Shown here piece after piece: positions 55,766 through 64,000 of a DNA stretch of 64,000 nucleotides (the stretch's first letter is position 1; each line of letters begins with the position of its first letter). The notes beneath the pieces are model-generated. The model made no database searches. It was not told where the DNA came from and saw only the letters and a program-made list of their open reading frames with translations. Made by a program: the position numbers and the translations under genes. This stretch comes from Candidatus Moanibacter sp. (GTDB taxonomy: Bacteria > Verrucomicrobiota > Verrucomicrobiia > Opitutales > UBA2987), in assembly GCA_965226025.1 (NCBI GenBank), contig CBDDCD010000003.1, positions 985,227-1,049,226 of the forward strand, given 5' to 3'.

Positions 55766-55826
55766 TCTTCTTGATATTCCTTCAGATTGAAAAAGTATCG
55801 ATGAACAGAGGCAAAAAGGGCGCAAG

Positions 55827-56678
55827 ATGCTGAAAACTAGAATAGGCGAATTCTCGATCGGCTTTCGCGAGTGCTTTGATGGTTCAGTTTTGTGGGCGAA
55901 AGAAAACGGATTCGGAGTCGTCGATCTCCAGGGCTTGGATGTTGAGAAAGTCCGCGAAACGAGATCGGAGGGCCTGCGAATTGGTTCTCTCGACTTGCCG
56001 GATTCTAAGGGAATAATCACGGCGGATAAGGAGAAGAGAGAGGCAATGATTAAAGAGAGCGCGGACTTCATTCGAGCTTCGAGCGAAGGAAACCCCACAA
56101 ACTACTTCGTCGTTGCGGTGCCTGAAGATCCCGAACTGGAAAGAAAAGAGAATTTCGAATTTATGGTCGAGGGTTACGGCGGCTTGGAGAGTGCATTGGC
56201 GGATTCCGGTTCTCATCTTGTCATTGAGGGTTGGCCGGGACCAGCTGTGGTATGCTCCACGCCCGAGGTCTTTCGAGCCTTTTTCGATCGGTGCTCGCAC
56301 GAATGTTTCGGGGTCAACTACGATCCCTCTCATTTGATTCGATTGGGAATCGATCCCTTGCGCTTTCTCCATGAATTCGTTGATCGCGTTCATCACGTCC
56401 ACGCCAAAGACACCGAGATTCAGACGGAAGGAGTTTACGAATACGGTTGGGAGTCGCCCGCGACCTTTGCAGAGAAAATCCCCTATGGTGGATTCACCTG
56501 GCGCTACACCATTCCCGGTCATGGAGAGATGCGCTGGTCGGATGGCTTTCGAATTCTAAGCGAATCGGGCTACAAGGGCGCCGTCTCCATCGAGATGGAG
56601 GACGCCAATTACTGCGAGACCACGGAGTTGATACAGGAAGGGCTGACTTTGGGTGGGCAGTACCTAACGGGGTGTTGA
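55827..56678 (+). CDS. Xylose-isomerase-like TIM-barrel protein (sugar phosphate isomerase/epimerase)
   Basis: 283-aa ORF. LVIEGWPG, GVNYDPSHLIRLGIDP, VHHVHAKD, VSIEMED. Confidence 0.8.
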   Translation: MLKTRIGEFSIGFRECFDGSVLWAKENGFGVVDLQGLDVEKVRETRSEGLRIGSLDLPDSKGIITADKEKREAMIKESADFIRASSEGNPTNYFVVAVPEDPELERKENFEFMVEGYGGLESALADSGSHLVIEGWPGPAVVCSTPEVFRAFFDRCSHECFGVNYDPSHLIRLGIDPLRFLHEFVDRVHHVHAKDTEIQTEGVYEYGWESPATFAEKIPYGGFTWRYTIPGHGEMRWSDGFRILSESGYKGAVSIEMEDANYCETTELIQEGLTLGGQYLTGC

Positions 56679-56849
56679 GATCGGGTTAGGGCTATGATGG
56701 TTACGGACCAATCCTGGTGAGTAGGGCGACCCGACCCTGGCCCCTCCCAGGAGGGGATCTAACAATACAGCACCGATTCTGGAACATCCCTTCCTTGGAG
56801 GGGTGCCCGGAGGGCGGGTGGGTTGTTCGAGTTTAGGAAACCGGCAGAA

Positions 56850-58334
56850 TCAGCGATCCGGAAGCGAGAATTCCCTATCGCCGTTGTTGTAGTAGACATG
56901 ATTGGAACCATCCGCACAGTTCAGCACGAGATCGGGAATACCATCCTCATCGATGTCGTCGATCCCAGCCGCCTGTATTCCGGAGGACGATCCCGCCAGC
57001 CGGTGGACGTCGTCTGCTGGAAATCGTGAACCGGCGTTAAAAAATACGGCTGCATCACTTCCGGTGGCGCCGATTAGAAGGTCCGTCAAGCCATCGAAAT
57101 CGAAGTCATAGGGATAGATGAAATCGGGTTTTCGACTCTCTTGAACCAGGCCCGTTTCGATCGGCGTCTCCGTTTCCAGAAATACGAGGTGTTGACCGGT
57201 TGTCCTTCCCCGGGCGTTAAGGAGGATTTTCAAAGAACCGTTGGGGTTGCCGTTGTAGAGAACGAGGTCGGGTTGGTTATCGGAATTGACATGGACAACG
57301 GCGACGAACCCGGACTCCCGCACTTGCTGACCGGGAAAAACATCGCGTGACAGAGGTTCTGGTGAAGAATTTAGTTGCATCGCGCTCAACGCCATTCCGT
57401 CGGAATCGGCCAGATTATTCTCGAAGGCCCACCACTGTGCCATCCCGTCAGGACGTCCAACCGCGACGATGAGATCGAGATCGCCATCCAAGTCGAGGTC
57501 CGAAGAAGTGATGTGATGCCAAGGCTGTCGCGTTGGATCCGGCCACGCCCTCTTTGGAAGTGCCTGAAAGATCGACGAAGAGACTTCCACACCCCCATCC
57601 TCAACATTTTCAGGGCCAACGGAGACGACCGCTGAGCCACGAAGTATCTCCTCCTTTTCTGGGATCTTAGCGATAGGACCGAGACTATTTCTCTGCGCCT
57701 GTTTCTTCGGGTAGAAAGAGGGAACCTGAGCGATGGAGGAAATAGAAAATTGCGGCGGGAGACTCTTCCGAGACGTTTCGGGCTTTGTGACGGTCGGAAC
57801 GATGATTCCGAATTCGATTCCCTCTTGGGCATGTTCGCCGCAGCCGAAATAGATCAGCCGATCAAAGTTCTCTTTGATCAAAATGGTAACGATGCGGGTG
57901 TTTCCGTAAAATGTCTTCGTAGTAAGGGCCTCCCGGTCAAAGAGACGATTTGAGAGGCGTTCGAGTTTGTGCTCGTTGGGCGGCAGTTCGAAATTGCGAT
58001 CTACTTCAACCCGTCGGCCGAGTTCCGATTCATCGGGTCGGGTGACATAGAAAAACACACTGTGGGTTCCCCCGGTCTGTCGGAACTCGATCGAATCGCC
58101 TTCAACGGCCGGGATACGTACCACTCCCCGGGACTCGCCTCGGCCCGAGTGTTTACCTCGATAGTGCCAGGTTTCATTCGATGCGGTAACTATGTGGCGA
58201 TGGGAAGTACCGGGTTGCGAAGTTTGGTTTGCGTTTAGGGAGAGAGGGATGAATTGAAGCAAAATCGTCAGGCATGAAATCAAACATCCAAGTTGGGATC
58301 GGCCTGCTCCCGAATTCTGAAACCAACTATGCAT
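56850..58334 (-). CDS. Secreted cupredoxin-like domain fused to FG-GAP/VCBS beta-propeller repeats
   Basis: 494-aa ORF. Signal peptide. N-domain (about 57795..58202) with candidate type-1 Cu ligands GGTH91SVFF and YFGC165GEH168AQEGI. C-half has four DxDxDGxxDL-type repeats (SSDLDLDGDLDLIVA, NSDNQPDLVLYN, DFDFDGLTDLLIG, DIDEDGIPDLVLN). Confidence 0.65.
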   Translation of the reverse strand: MHSWFQNSGAGRSQLGCLISCLTILLQFIPLSLNANQTSQPGTSHRHIVTASNETWHYRGKHSGRGESRGVVRIPAVEGDSIEFRQTGGTHSVFFYVTRPDESELGRRVEVDRNFELPPNEHKLERLSNRLFDREALTTKTFYGNTRIVTILIKENFDRLIYFGCGEHAQEGIEFGIIVPTVTKPETSRKSLPPQFSISSIAQVPSFYPKKQAQRNSLGPIAKIPEKEEILRGSAVVSVGPENVEDGGVEVSSSIFQALPKRAWPDPTRQPWHHITSSDLDLDGDLDLIVAVGRPDGMAQWWAFENNLADSDGMALSAMQLNSSPEPLSRDVFPGQQVRESGFVAVVHVNSDNQPDLVLYNGNPNGSLKILLNARGRTTGQHLVFLETETPIETGLVQESRKPDFIYPYDFDFDGLTDLLIGATGSDAAVFFNAGSRFPADDVHRLAGSSSGIQAAGIDDIDEDGIPDLVLNCADGSNHVYYNNGDREFSLPDR

Positions 58335-59614
58335 TATCTCGACGAAAGTGGAAGAATGCTGTCGTTTCCTTTAGGAAGAATAGAAAAGAGTCCCCACTCG
58401 CCGCCTTCGAGATGTTCTCCGACATGACAACCATAGAGGTATTGCTGTTCCGAATTCACATTCGGCTGGGGGCGCAATCGGAGGTTGAAAGTGGCGGTTG
58501 AGGCGAGAGCGATGGCCGAAATTCGGTTGGAGGACTCGCTTTGAAAATCGAAGGGCCATCTCTGGCCATCGATGAAAAAGGAATGCTCCGCGGCGGTGCC
58601 TTCTCCCACCGCATGGATGAGACGAATGAGGATGCGATCTTCCTCGAGGACCATTATTTTCGGAGTTGGCGGTTGATCTTTTTCGCCGGCGGCCGAGAAG
58701 AGGTTGATTGCATTCAGTCTCTGGTTTGACCACCCGGAGTGAGTAAAAATTGCGAACTCCCGGAAGGACTCTTTTGGATCGTCCTCTAAGAGGATGCGGG
58801 CCGACCATCCCGGCTGTGCGTCACTCTGGAGAGAGGAGGACTCGCTCGATTCAAATCGGGCCCCCGGAGGTTCTACGATTAGGGCGCCGAAGAGTCCAAA
58901 TCGTTGGTGAGTGGGGTCGGCCATATCCCTCAGGTAACAGGCGCCTAACTCCCGATTCACCGACCAGTGGTAGTCTCTCGAGTCACCTCTGAGAATGATC
59001 GATGGATCATTGAGTCCGATCGCCGCTCCATCTGAGGAGGTCACGTCATAACTGACGAGGCCGGCATGAATCGCCGTAGTCGATGTCCAGGACGTCCCAA
59101 AACGATCGGGATTGGGGTCGTTCAAAGGTATCTCAGGGAGGAGATTAGATAACCGAAGGCAGACCAGAACAGGTTTATTCGTACCATCGGTGGCTTTCTT
59201 ACCGGCAGCGACACGCAGGACGAGGGGATGCGGATCGGCTGCGAAGCGCGGCCGCAATTCGCCGAGTAGATCCCCAATCCTCAATTCGATTTCCTGACCC
59301 AAAAGGAACGCTTTCTCTGTTTCATTTCGACCGAGCGCCCTTCCTTTTTCCCTGGTCAGCTTCGTAATTTCGTTTGCCGCGGCCTGGTCCTGCCGGTTCT
59401 TGAGCTCAAGATAGACTAGGGCCGGAACATCGCCTACTGCGGAGGAGCGGGAGGGAACGGTGACCTCGAGGGCGGCGATGTGGAAGCAGACCACCTTCCC
59501 TTTTGGGCCGCTGCCGGCTGGGGGCGGGATGCAGACGCTTTTGCAGCCGCTGACGAGACCGAGCAGGGAGAGAAGGAGAGTGGCTCTCAGTGTCAGCTTT
59601 TCAATGGTCGTCAT
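58334..59614 (-). CDS. Lipoprotein, multicopper-oxidase-like paralogue of the C-terminal module of the upstream giant protein
   Basis: 426-aa ORF. Lipobox LVSGC24. AIHAGLVSYDVTSSDGAAIGLN and HQRFGLFGALIVEP align with GMHTHLVQYDVQSSDGAVAGLN and PHGLFAATIVEP of the giant protein. C-terminal YGCHVGEHLEGGEWGLFSI (58391..58432) is HCHxxxH-like. The stop shares one nt with the next ATG (TAATG). Confidence 0.65.
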   Translation of the reverse strand: MTTIEKLTLRATLLLSLLGLVSGCKSVCIPPPAGSGPKGKVVCFHIAALEVTVPSRSSAVGDVPALVYLELKNRQDQAAANEITKLTREKGRALGRNETEKAFLLGQEIELRIGDLLGELRPRFAADPHPLVLRVAAGKKATDGTNKPVLVCLRLSNLLPEIPLNDPNPDRFGTSWTSTTAIHAGLVSYDVTSSDGAAIGLNDPSIILRGDSRDYHWSVNRELGACYLRDMADPTHQRFGLFGALIVEPPGARFESSESSSLQSDAQPGWSARILLEDDPKESFREFAIFTHSGWSNQRLNAINLFSAAGEKDQPPTPKIMVLEEDRILIRLIHAVGEGTAAEHSFFIDGQRWPFDFQSESSNRISAIALASTATFNLRLRPQPNVNSEQQYLYGCHVGEHLEGGEWGLFSILPKGNDSILPLSSR

Positions 59615-62600
59615 TTTCCAGAAGTTGCTGTTTGAGTGATGTCCGTTGACTGCAAATCCTGCAGCGGTGTAAGACCTCCGACGAATCTCTCCTTACTTGC
59701 CATTTCAAGTATAGTCGGCTCATCACCGTCTTCGGTTTCAAATTCAATTCCATCAAGTTCGGTAGCAAAAAGCATGTTCGCGGGGATATTCCCCTGATCG
59801 CCTCGAATCTCCGCAACGAGAGGGATTTCAAAGAACAATGCAGGCGGATCAAATCGCCTCGCAACGTTGTTCTCTATTGTCTCCGAATCCACTGAAGTCG
59901 TCTCGCGGGTGAGAAATCGGACGCCGGAAGCGGAAGTGAAAAGATGACCCTTGGAGACGTTAACGTTGGAGGGCGCGTCGATGAATATTCGAATCGTGCC
60001 GTTTGCCCGGGAGTCGGCGTCGGTAGTGTCGGTTTCCGGTTGAATGCGCAACAGACCCCACTTCCCCCGTTCGATCAGATCGTCTTCGCTTGGATCGGAG
60101 TAGAGGTAGTCTCCCTCTGGCGCCCGGACCATGGGATCGGTCGTGAAGCTGAATGCTTCCGATACTCCCGCGAGCACGAAATCACGAAATGTAGAGTTTG
60201 GGTTGTTGTGTTCATAGCGCCAGCGATGTCCGTGCAGATTCAGGGTGTGAATCTCGTCGGGTCCACTACCCTCGACTCGAATTCTTATGGGATCACCCTC
60301 AAACGCTCGCCAGATCGGGGTTACAGGATCCCCGTGGAGTATCGAACTGAAGCGCATTTCGTTACCTCCAAGGATCTGTGGTCGCCCCGCTCTATCCCAC
60401 CTCACATCGAAAGGTGTAGTGCGAGCTTTGAGCGGTTTCTCCCGCCGGACGAGGGGCTCACTTCGCAGGTTGATCGATTTACGGTTTCTCCTGCCATCGT
60501 TGAAGAGCGGCACGACTTCGCGAAAAGAGGATTTACCGCCGCCATTCACCCCGATCCTAATGTCAGCCAAAGCCAGACCATTTCGACTTGAGGTCCTGCT
60601 GATAATATCCTCGGAGTTTCGAATGTAGAGCTGGCTGCCGGTTTGAGGATCGTGGTAGGTGGAGTCACGCGGTTCGACAATGGTAGCCGCAAAAAGCCCG
60701 TGGGGAAGGCTGTCTTTGAGTAGCGAATGATCATGCCAGTAGACAGTTCCCAATTCAACGTCGCACCACCAGCGATAGTGGACCTGCTCGTCATGGGTCT
60801 GCGCTTCGTCGATCGGAATAAAACGCTCTTCATTCCGGTCCCATCGCAAGGAAGGTCGAATCGATGTCTCGTAGTTCAACCCAGCGACCGCACCATCGGA
60901 TGATTGCACGTCGTACTGAACCAGGTGGGTGTGCATACCAACCTTGCTCAGAAATTCATTCTCGGTTGTATCAACCAGGGCGCTTGTCAAAGTGATATCT
61001 ACGACATCGCCCGTATTGGCGCGGATGACCAGCGGCTCCGCCCTCTTGCGACCGGCGAAAATGTCCTTTGCGTCATCGCGGAGCACGAAGATCTGGCCTC
61101 GCGGGTCGATGAAATCCGGCTCCGGGGCCCGGGGGGGCGGGCTGAGCGCCAGGCGGCCTCTCATCTGCACTCCGTCTCCGCCATGAACTTTGCAGAGGAA
61201 ATCGATCGATTCGGATTCAGAGATACCCACTTTGACGATGGCGCTGGCGAGAAGGGTCCCGGGCCCAAAACCGGTGGTGCCGAATGCACCGGTCCCGAAA
61301 CCACCAAAATTGGGGTCGTCTTCGAGGGGTTGACCGACTGCGGGGTCGAAATCGAGGATGCTTTCTGTAGTCGCTCGGTCGGAAAAGACCAATCCGTGAA
61401 AGCCTCCTTCCACTTTCCATGAGATCGAGTCACCGGGACGGATCACACTGTCGGTGGGATTGACGGCGGGTTCTTGAGGAACGCCGTCGACTCGGAGATG
61501 CCAGTTTTCTGTGTCGCTGGCGATGGCGAAGAATTCAAAGGAAGTTTCCGCATCCGGTTCGGTGGTGTCCAGAACCACCAGGCGGGCATTCATTCCGGCG
61601 GGGCCGTGGACGCGGCAAGTAAAGTCGACGATTCTTTGAGGGGTACCTAGAGGATCTGACTTGACCGAGGCACGGGCGAGGATGGTGGGCGCTGGAAAAC
61701 CGCCGGTGCCGAATGCTTCCGCTCCAAAGTTGCCGAAATTGGGAAGATCGTCGAGAGACTCGCCGACCGTCTGGTCGAATAAAAGGATGGATTCGGCTGT
61801 GGTCCGATTCGCAAAGACCAAGCCGTGAATATTCGCCTCGACCTTCCAGATAATTGTGTCTCCTGGAAGGACTGCAATTTCGTCCGTATTCTGCCCAATG
61901 CCATCAATTCGTATCTGCCACGCGTCCGTGTTCGGCCCTCCGATGATTTCAACGAGCCGGGGACCAGGCACCGGTCCCGGTGGGTCGGGCGAATCCGGCT
62001 GGTCTGGGAGTGTTCCAAAAGATCCTGAAATACGGGCGCCATTGTGAGTCGAGTAGTTGATCGGGAGTTCGACCGCGACGATGTCGTAGTGTCTCACCTT
62101 CGACGGTTCTGAATCGGCCTCTTCAGGAGCCAGACCGCTCCCGAAGGGAACGCCGAGTGGTTCCAGTTGAGGGCCGACGCGACCCGGATCGTTCCTCCCA
62201 AAGGTGGGACCCAGGTATGCTGTTCCTTGGACCTTCGCATCTTCCTGGAGAAGCCATTGCTCGTCGGTGCTGTTTGGAGGAGAGAGTCGGTGTTTGGGAG
62301 CAAATGGAGGGCGTCGTCCGGCATGGGGGAGGAGGAAGGGGTAGGCGAGGCGGCCGTCGATCGGATTGAAAAGAAGGCGAGGGGCTTCAAGTTCCTCTCT
62401 CTCCCCATCGACTTCAACGAAATCCATCCTGTTTGCCCCGACACCTTCACCGACGGTTGGGAACCCCAGACCGAAATCAACCAGACTGTGAGGAAGGGAA
62501 TCGGCGCCCGCGGCAGAAGGCTCGCCTAGGTAGAGCCGCCCTTCGGACAGATCGAGGGCATCCCACGGCCACAGGTCGGCACGATTGATCAGGGAATTGG

Positions 62601-64000
62601 CGGAAACCGGAGAACGGGAATCGAGTTCTTCGAGATCGGGATCCCCTCGGCGGGGCAGCTGAGAATCGATGAATGGATACAGTTCGTTTTCGATCTCCTC
62701 AAGACGCCTACCCGCGAAAGCTCCGGTAACCGGAATCGGTCCCTGGCCGCTTTCGACGAGCTGGGCAAGAGTGATAGAATCGACTGCCTGTGGGGGACGA
62801 AATCCAGCGCTGAGCCGATCGGGGAGGGGTGCGAGGCCGGGACGAAAAGAGGTTCGCGTCTGAAGGGTATTGAAAATCCGGGCATAGGTCCACATCCCGC
62901 GTACGACATGGTCGATGATGTGGCAGTGAAAGAGTACGTCGCCGACCGTGCGCTGTACTCCGCCCGCTCCGCCTTCCATGAAGACGTCGAAAGTCTCGGC
63001 CGGGCCGAGCGTTTGGGAGTCGACACGAGTCGAGATTGATTCGGTCAGATCGGGTTGGGCGGCAAATTCCGGGAGGCCGAGTTTCGACGGACGCGTCAGG
63101 TTCGCTTTTTCTTTTGGGGCGCCAGTCTCCGTGACTCCATTCTGGAAACGCCAGCGGTGGGCGTGATGGTGAAAAACATGAAACTGGTCACCGGTGCCTC
63201 CGTGGACGATGCGATACCGCATGGGATCTCCCACGTAGAATCTCGGATGAGGAGTGGATGAATCACCGTAGGTGTAGGCGCTGTAAGCCATCGAGTGGTC
63301 GTTGACGGCGAAGGGGCGCTTACCCTCGAGGCGGGGTCGTGTGTCGGCAATTTCCCGCTCGAGAATGTCCGCGAAGGGTTCGGTCCGGTAGTTGAGGGCC
63401 CTGGGATCAACTTCGATGAGTCCTTCGACTTTTCCCCCAAGGTCGTCGTGGAAGAAGATCACATATTCGCGGTAGGCAGGAATGTCGGGATCCTTGTTGT
63501 CGATGATCGCGCCCCATCCGCTTCGGATCGTTTTGTAACTCTCTTCGGCAATACGGTAATCGCCGAAGCCGTCGTCGTCTGAAATCTCGAAGGCTTCCGT
63601 ATCATAGTAGATCGAACCCTTCGGCTCGACGATGAGGGCGCCGAATAGCCCGTGTGCAATTTGGGTTCGAGTTCGCCTCAATCCATGGGCGGTGTCGCTC
63701 GGTAGAACCGGCTGACTGTGAAAGTAGTAGGTTCCTTCGCTTTCCGGATTCGCTCCGATGGTCAGGATGTAACGCAGATGGTAGTTAGAAGCATTCGGAT
63801 GAGGGAAGGGGGCGGATTCCTCGGTCCCATTGAGTGCGTGAAAATCATAGGGGACGCCGTGGAGAGTTAGATTCGCGCGATGGTCGGTTCCGTCTTCGCC
63901 CCCAGGAACCGTGAGTCGATTGGTGAAGTCGATGACGACTGTGTCCCCTACGTTGGCTCGGATCACCAGAGGTTCAGAGGTCAGAACCGGCACCCGTTTT
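59611..64000 (-). CDS. Giant multi-cupredoxin multicopper-oxidase-like protein (>1460 aa; N-terminus lies beyond the right edge)
   Basis: Frame is open to position 64000. Canonical MCO motifs HVFHHHAHRW (63151..63180) and HCHIIDHVVRGM (62893..62928). Two tandem plastocyanin-like domains with CRVHGPAGM (61591..61617) and CKVHGGDGVQM (61162..61194). A second MCO-like module with GMHTHLVQYD (HTH at 60925..60933), YWHDHS and HTLNLHGHRW. The stop overlaps the next ATG (ATGA at 59611..59614). Confidence 0.8.
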   Translation of the reverse strand, partial: KRVPVLTSEPLVIRANVGDTVVIDFTNRLTVPGGEDGTDHRANLTLHGVPYDFHALNGTEESAPFPHPNASNYHLRYILTIGANPESEGTYYFHSQPVLPSDTAHGLRRTRTQIAHGLFGALIVEPKGSIYYDTEAFEISDDDGFGDYRIAEESYKTIRSGWGAIIDNKDPDIPAYREYVIFFHDDLGGKVEGLIEVDPRALNYRTEPFADILEREIADTRPRLEGKRPFAVNDHSMAYSAYTYGDSSTPHPRFYVGDPMRYRIVHGGTGDQFHVFHHHAHRWRFQNGVTETGAPKEKANLTRPSKLGLPEFAAQPDLTESISTRVDSQTLGPAETFDVFMEGGAGGVQRTVGDVLFHCHIIDHVVRGMWTYARIFNTLQTRTSFRPGLAPLPDRLSAGFRPPQAVDSITLAQLVESGQGPIPVTGAFAGRRLEEIENELYPFIDSQLPRRGDPDLEELDSRSPVSANSLINRADLWPWDALDLSEGRLYLGEPSAAGADSLPHSLVDFGLGFPTVGEGVGANRMDFVEVDGEREELEAPRLLFNPIDGRLAYPFLLPHAGRRPPFAPKHRLSPPNSTDEQWLLQEDAKVQGTAYLGPTFGRNDPGRVGPQLEPLGVPFGSGLAPEEADSEPSKVRHYDIVAVELPINYSTHNGARISGSFGTLPDQPDSPDPPGPVPGPRLVEIIGGPNTDAWQIRIDGIGQNTDEIAVLPGDTIIWKVEANIHGLVFANRTTAESILLFDQTVGESLDDLPNFGNFGAEAFGTGGFPAPTILARASVKSDPLGTPQRIVDFTCRVHGPAGMNARLVVLDTTEPDAETSFEFFAIASDTENWHLRVDGVPQEPAVNPTDSVIRPGDSISWKVEGGFHGLVFSDRATTESILDFDPAVGQPLEDDPNFGGFGTGAFGTTGFGPGTLLASAIVKVGISESESIDFLCKVHGGDGVQMRGRLALSPPPRAPEPDFIDPRGQIFVLRDDAKDIFAGRKRAEPLVIRANTGDVVDITLTSALVDTTENEFLSKVGMHTHLVQYDVQSSDGAVAGLNYETSIRPSLRWDRNEERFIPIDEAQTHDEQVHYRWWCDVELGTVYWHDHSLLKDSLPHGLFAATIVEPRDSTYHDPQTGSQLYIRNSEDIISRTSSRNGLALADIRIGVNGGGKSSFREVVPLFNDGRRNRKSINLRSEPLVRREKPLKARTTPFDVRWDRAGRPQILGGNEMRFSSILHGDPVTPIWRAFEGDPIRIRVEGSGPDEIHTLNLHGHRWRYEHNNPNSTFRDFVLAGVSEAFSFTTDPMVRAPEGDYLYSDPSEDDLIERGKWGLLRIQPETDTTDADSRANGTIRIFIDAPSNVNVSKGHLFTSASGVRFLTRETTSVDSETIENNVARRFDPPALFFEIPLVAEIRGDQGNIPANMLFATELDGIEFETEDGDEPTILEMASKERFVGGLTPLQDLQSTDITQTATSGK

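Overview
This is a 64-kb chromosomal window of mid-50s % GC (judged by eye). Gene content suggests a PVC-group or Verrucomicrobiota-like bacterium: many Gfo/Idh/MocA and xylose-isomerase-like TIM-barrel genes, FG-GAP and PQQ propellers, and a TtpC-type TonB cluster. That placement is a weak inference. About 50 protein genes can be supported. Housekeeping genes are dnaK, groES-groEL, surE, mdh, a class-I DAHP synthase, aroE, HU, yggS and ygfZ. Transport genes are a DUF4212 plus Na+/solute symporter pair, nhaC, an NCS2 purine permease, an AI-2E transporter and a sugar-binding protein. There is also a complete six-gene TonB2-type energy-transduction cluster with a convergent TonB-dependent receptor, an acyl-CoA ligase / thiolase / PhyH trio, and an orphan xanthine-dehydrogenase-family Mo subunit with a MoaD/ThiS-like GG protein. 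Two IS elements are present, one IS5/IS1182-like and one IS630 with a -1 frameshift site and a TA duplication. I recognised no rRNA, tRNA or CRISPR array. The four most unusual observations follow. (1) A dispersed palindromic-ended element has short (~68 nt) and long (~102 nt) forms and at least 10 copies, all intergenic. Several copies supply the TAG stop of the upstream gene or abut a start codon. A RAYT-type (REP-associated HUH/Y1) transposase gene lies in the same window. (2) A translationally coupled three-gene minus-strand operon at the right edge encodes a giant (>1460 aa, truncated by the window) multi-cupredoxin multicopper-oxidase-like protein, a lipoprotein paralogue with a different subset of copper ligands, and a cupredoxin-like plus FG-GAP fusion. 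(3) Two tandem hairpins supported by G-U wobble sit in a GGA-rich leader upstream of the TonB cluster. (4) Two long perfect intergenic palindromes (48 and 46 bp) and an 11-copy heptanucleotide microsatellite are present. All calls come from reading the sequence and the ORF translations. No database search was possible.
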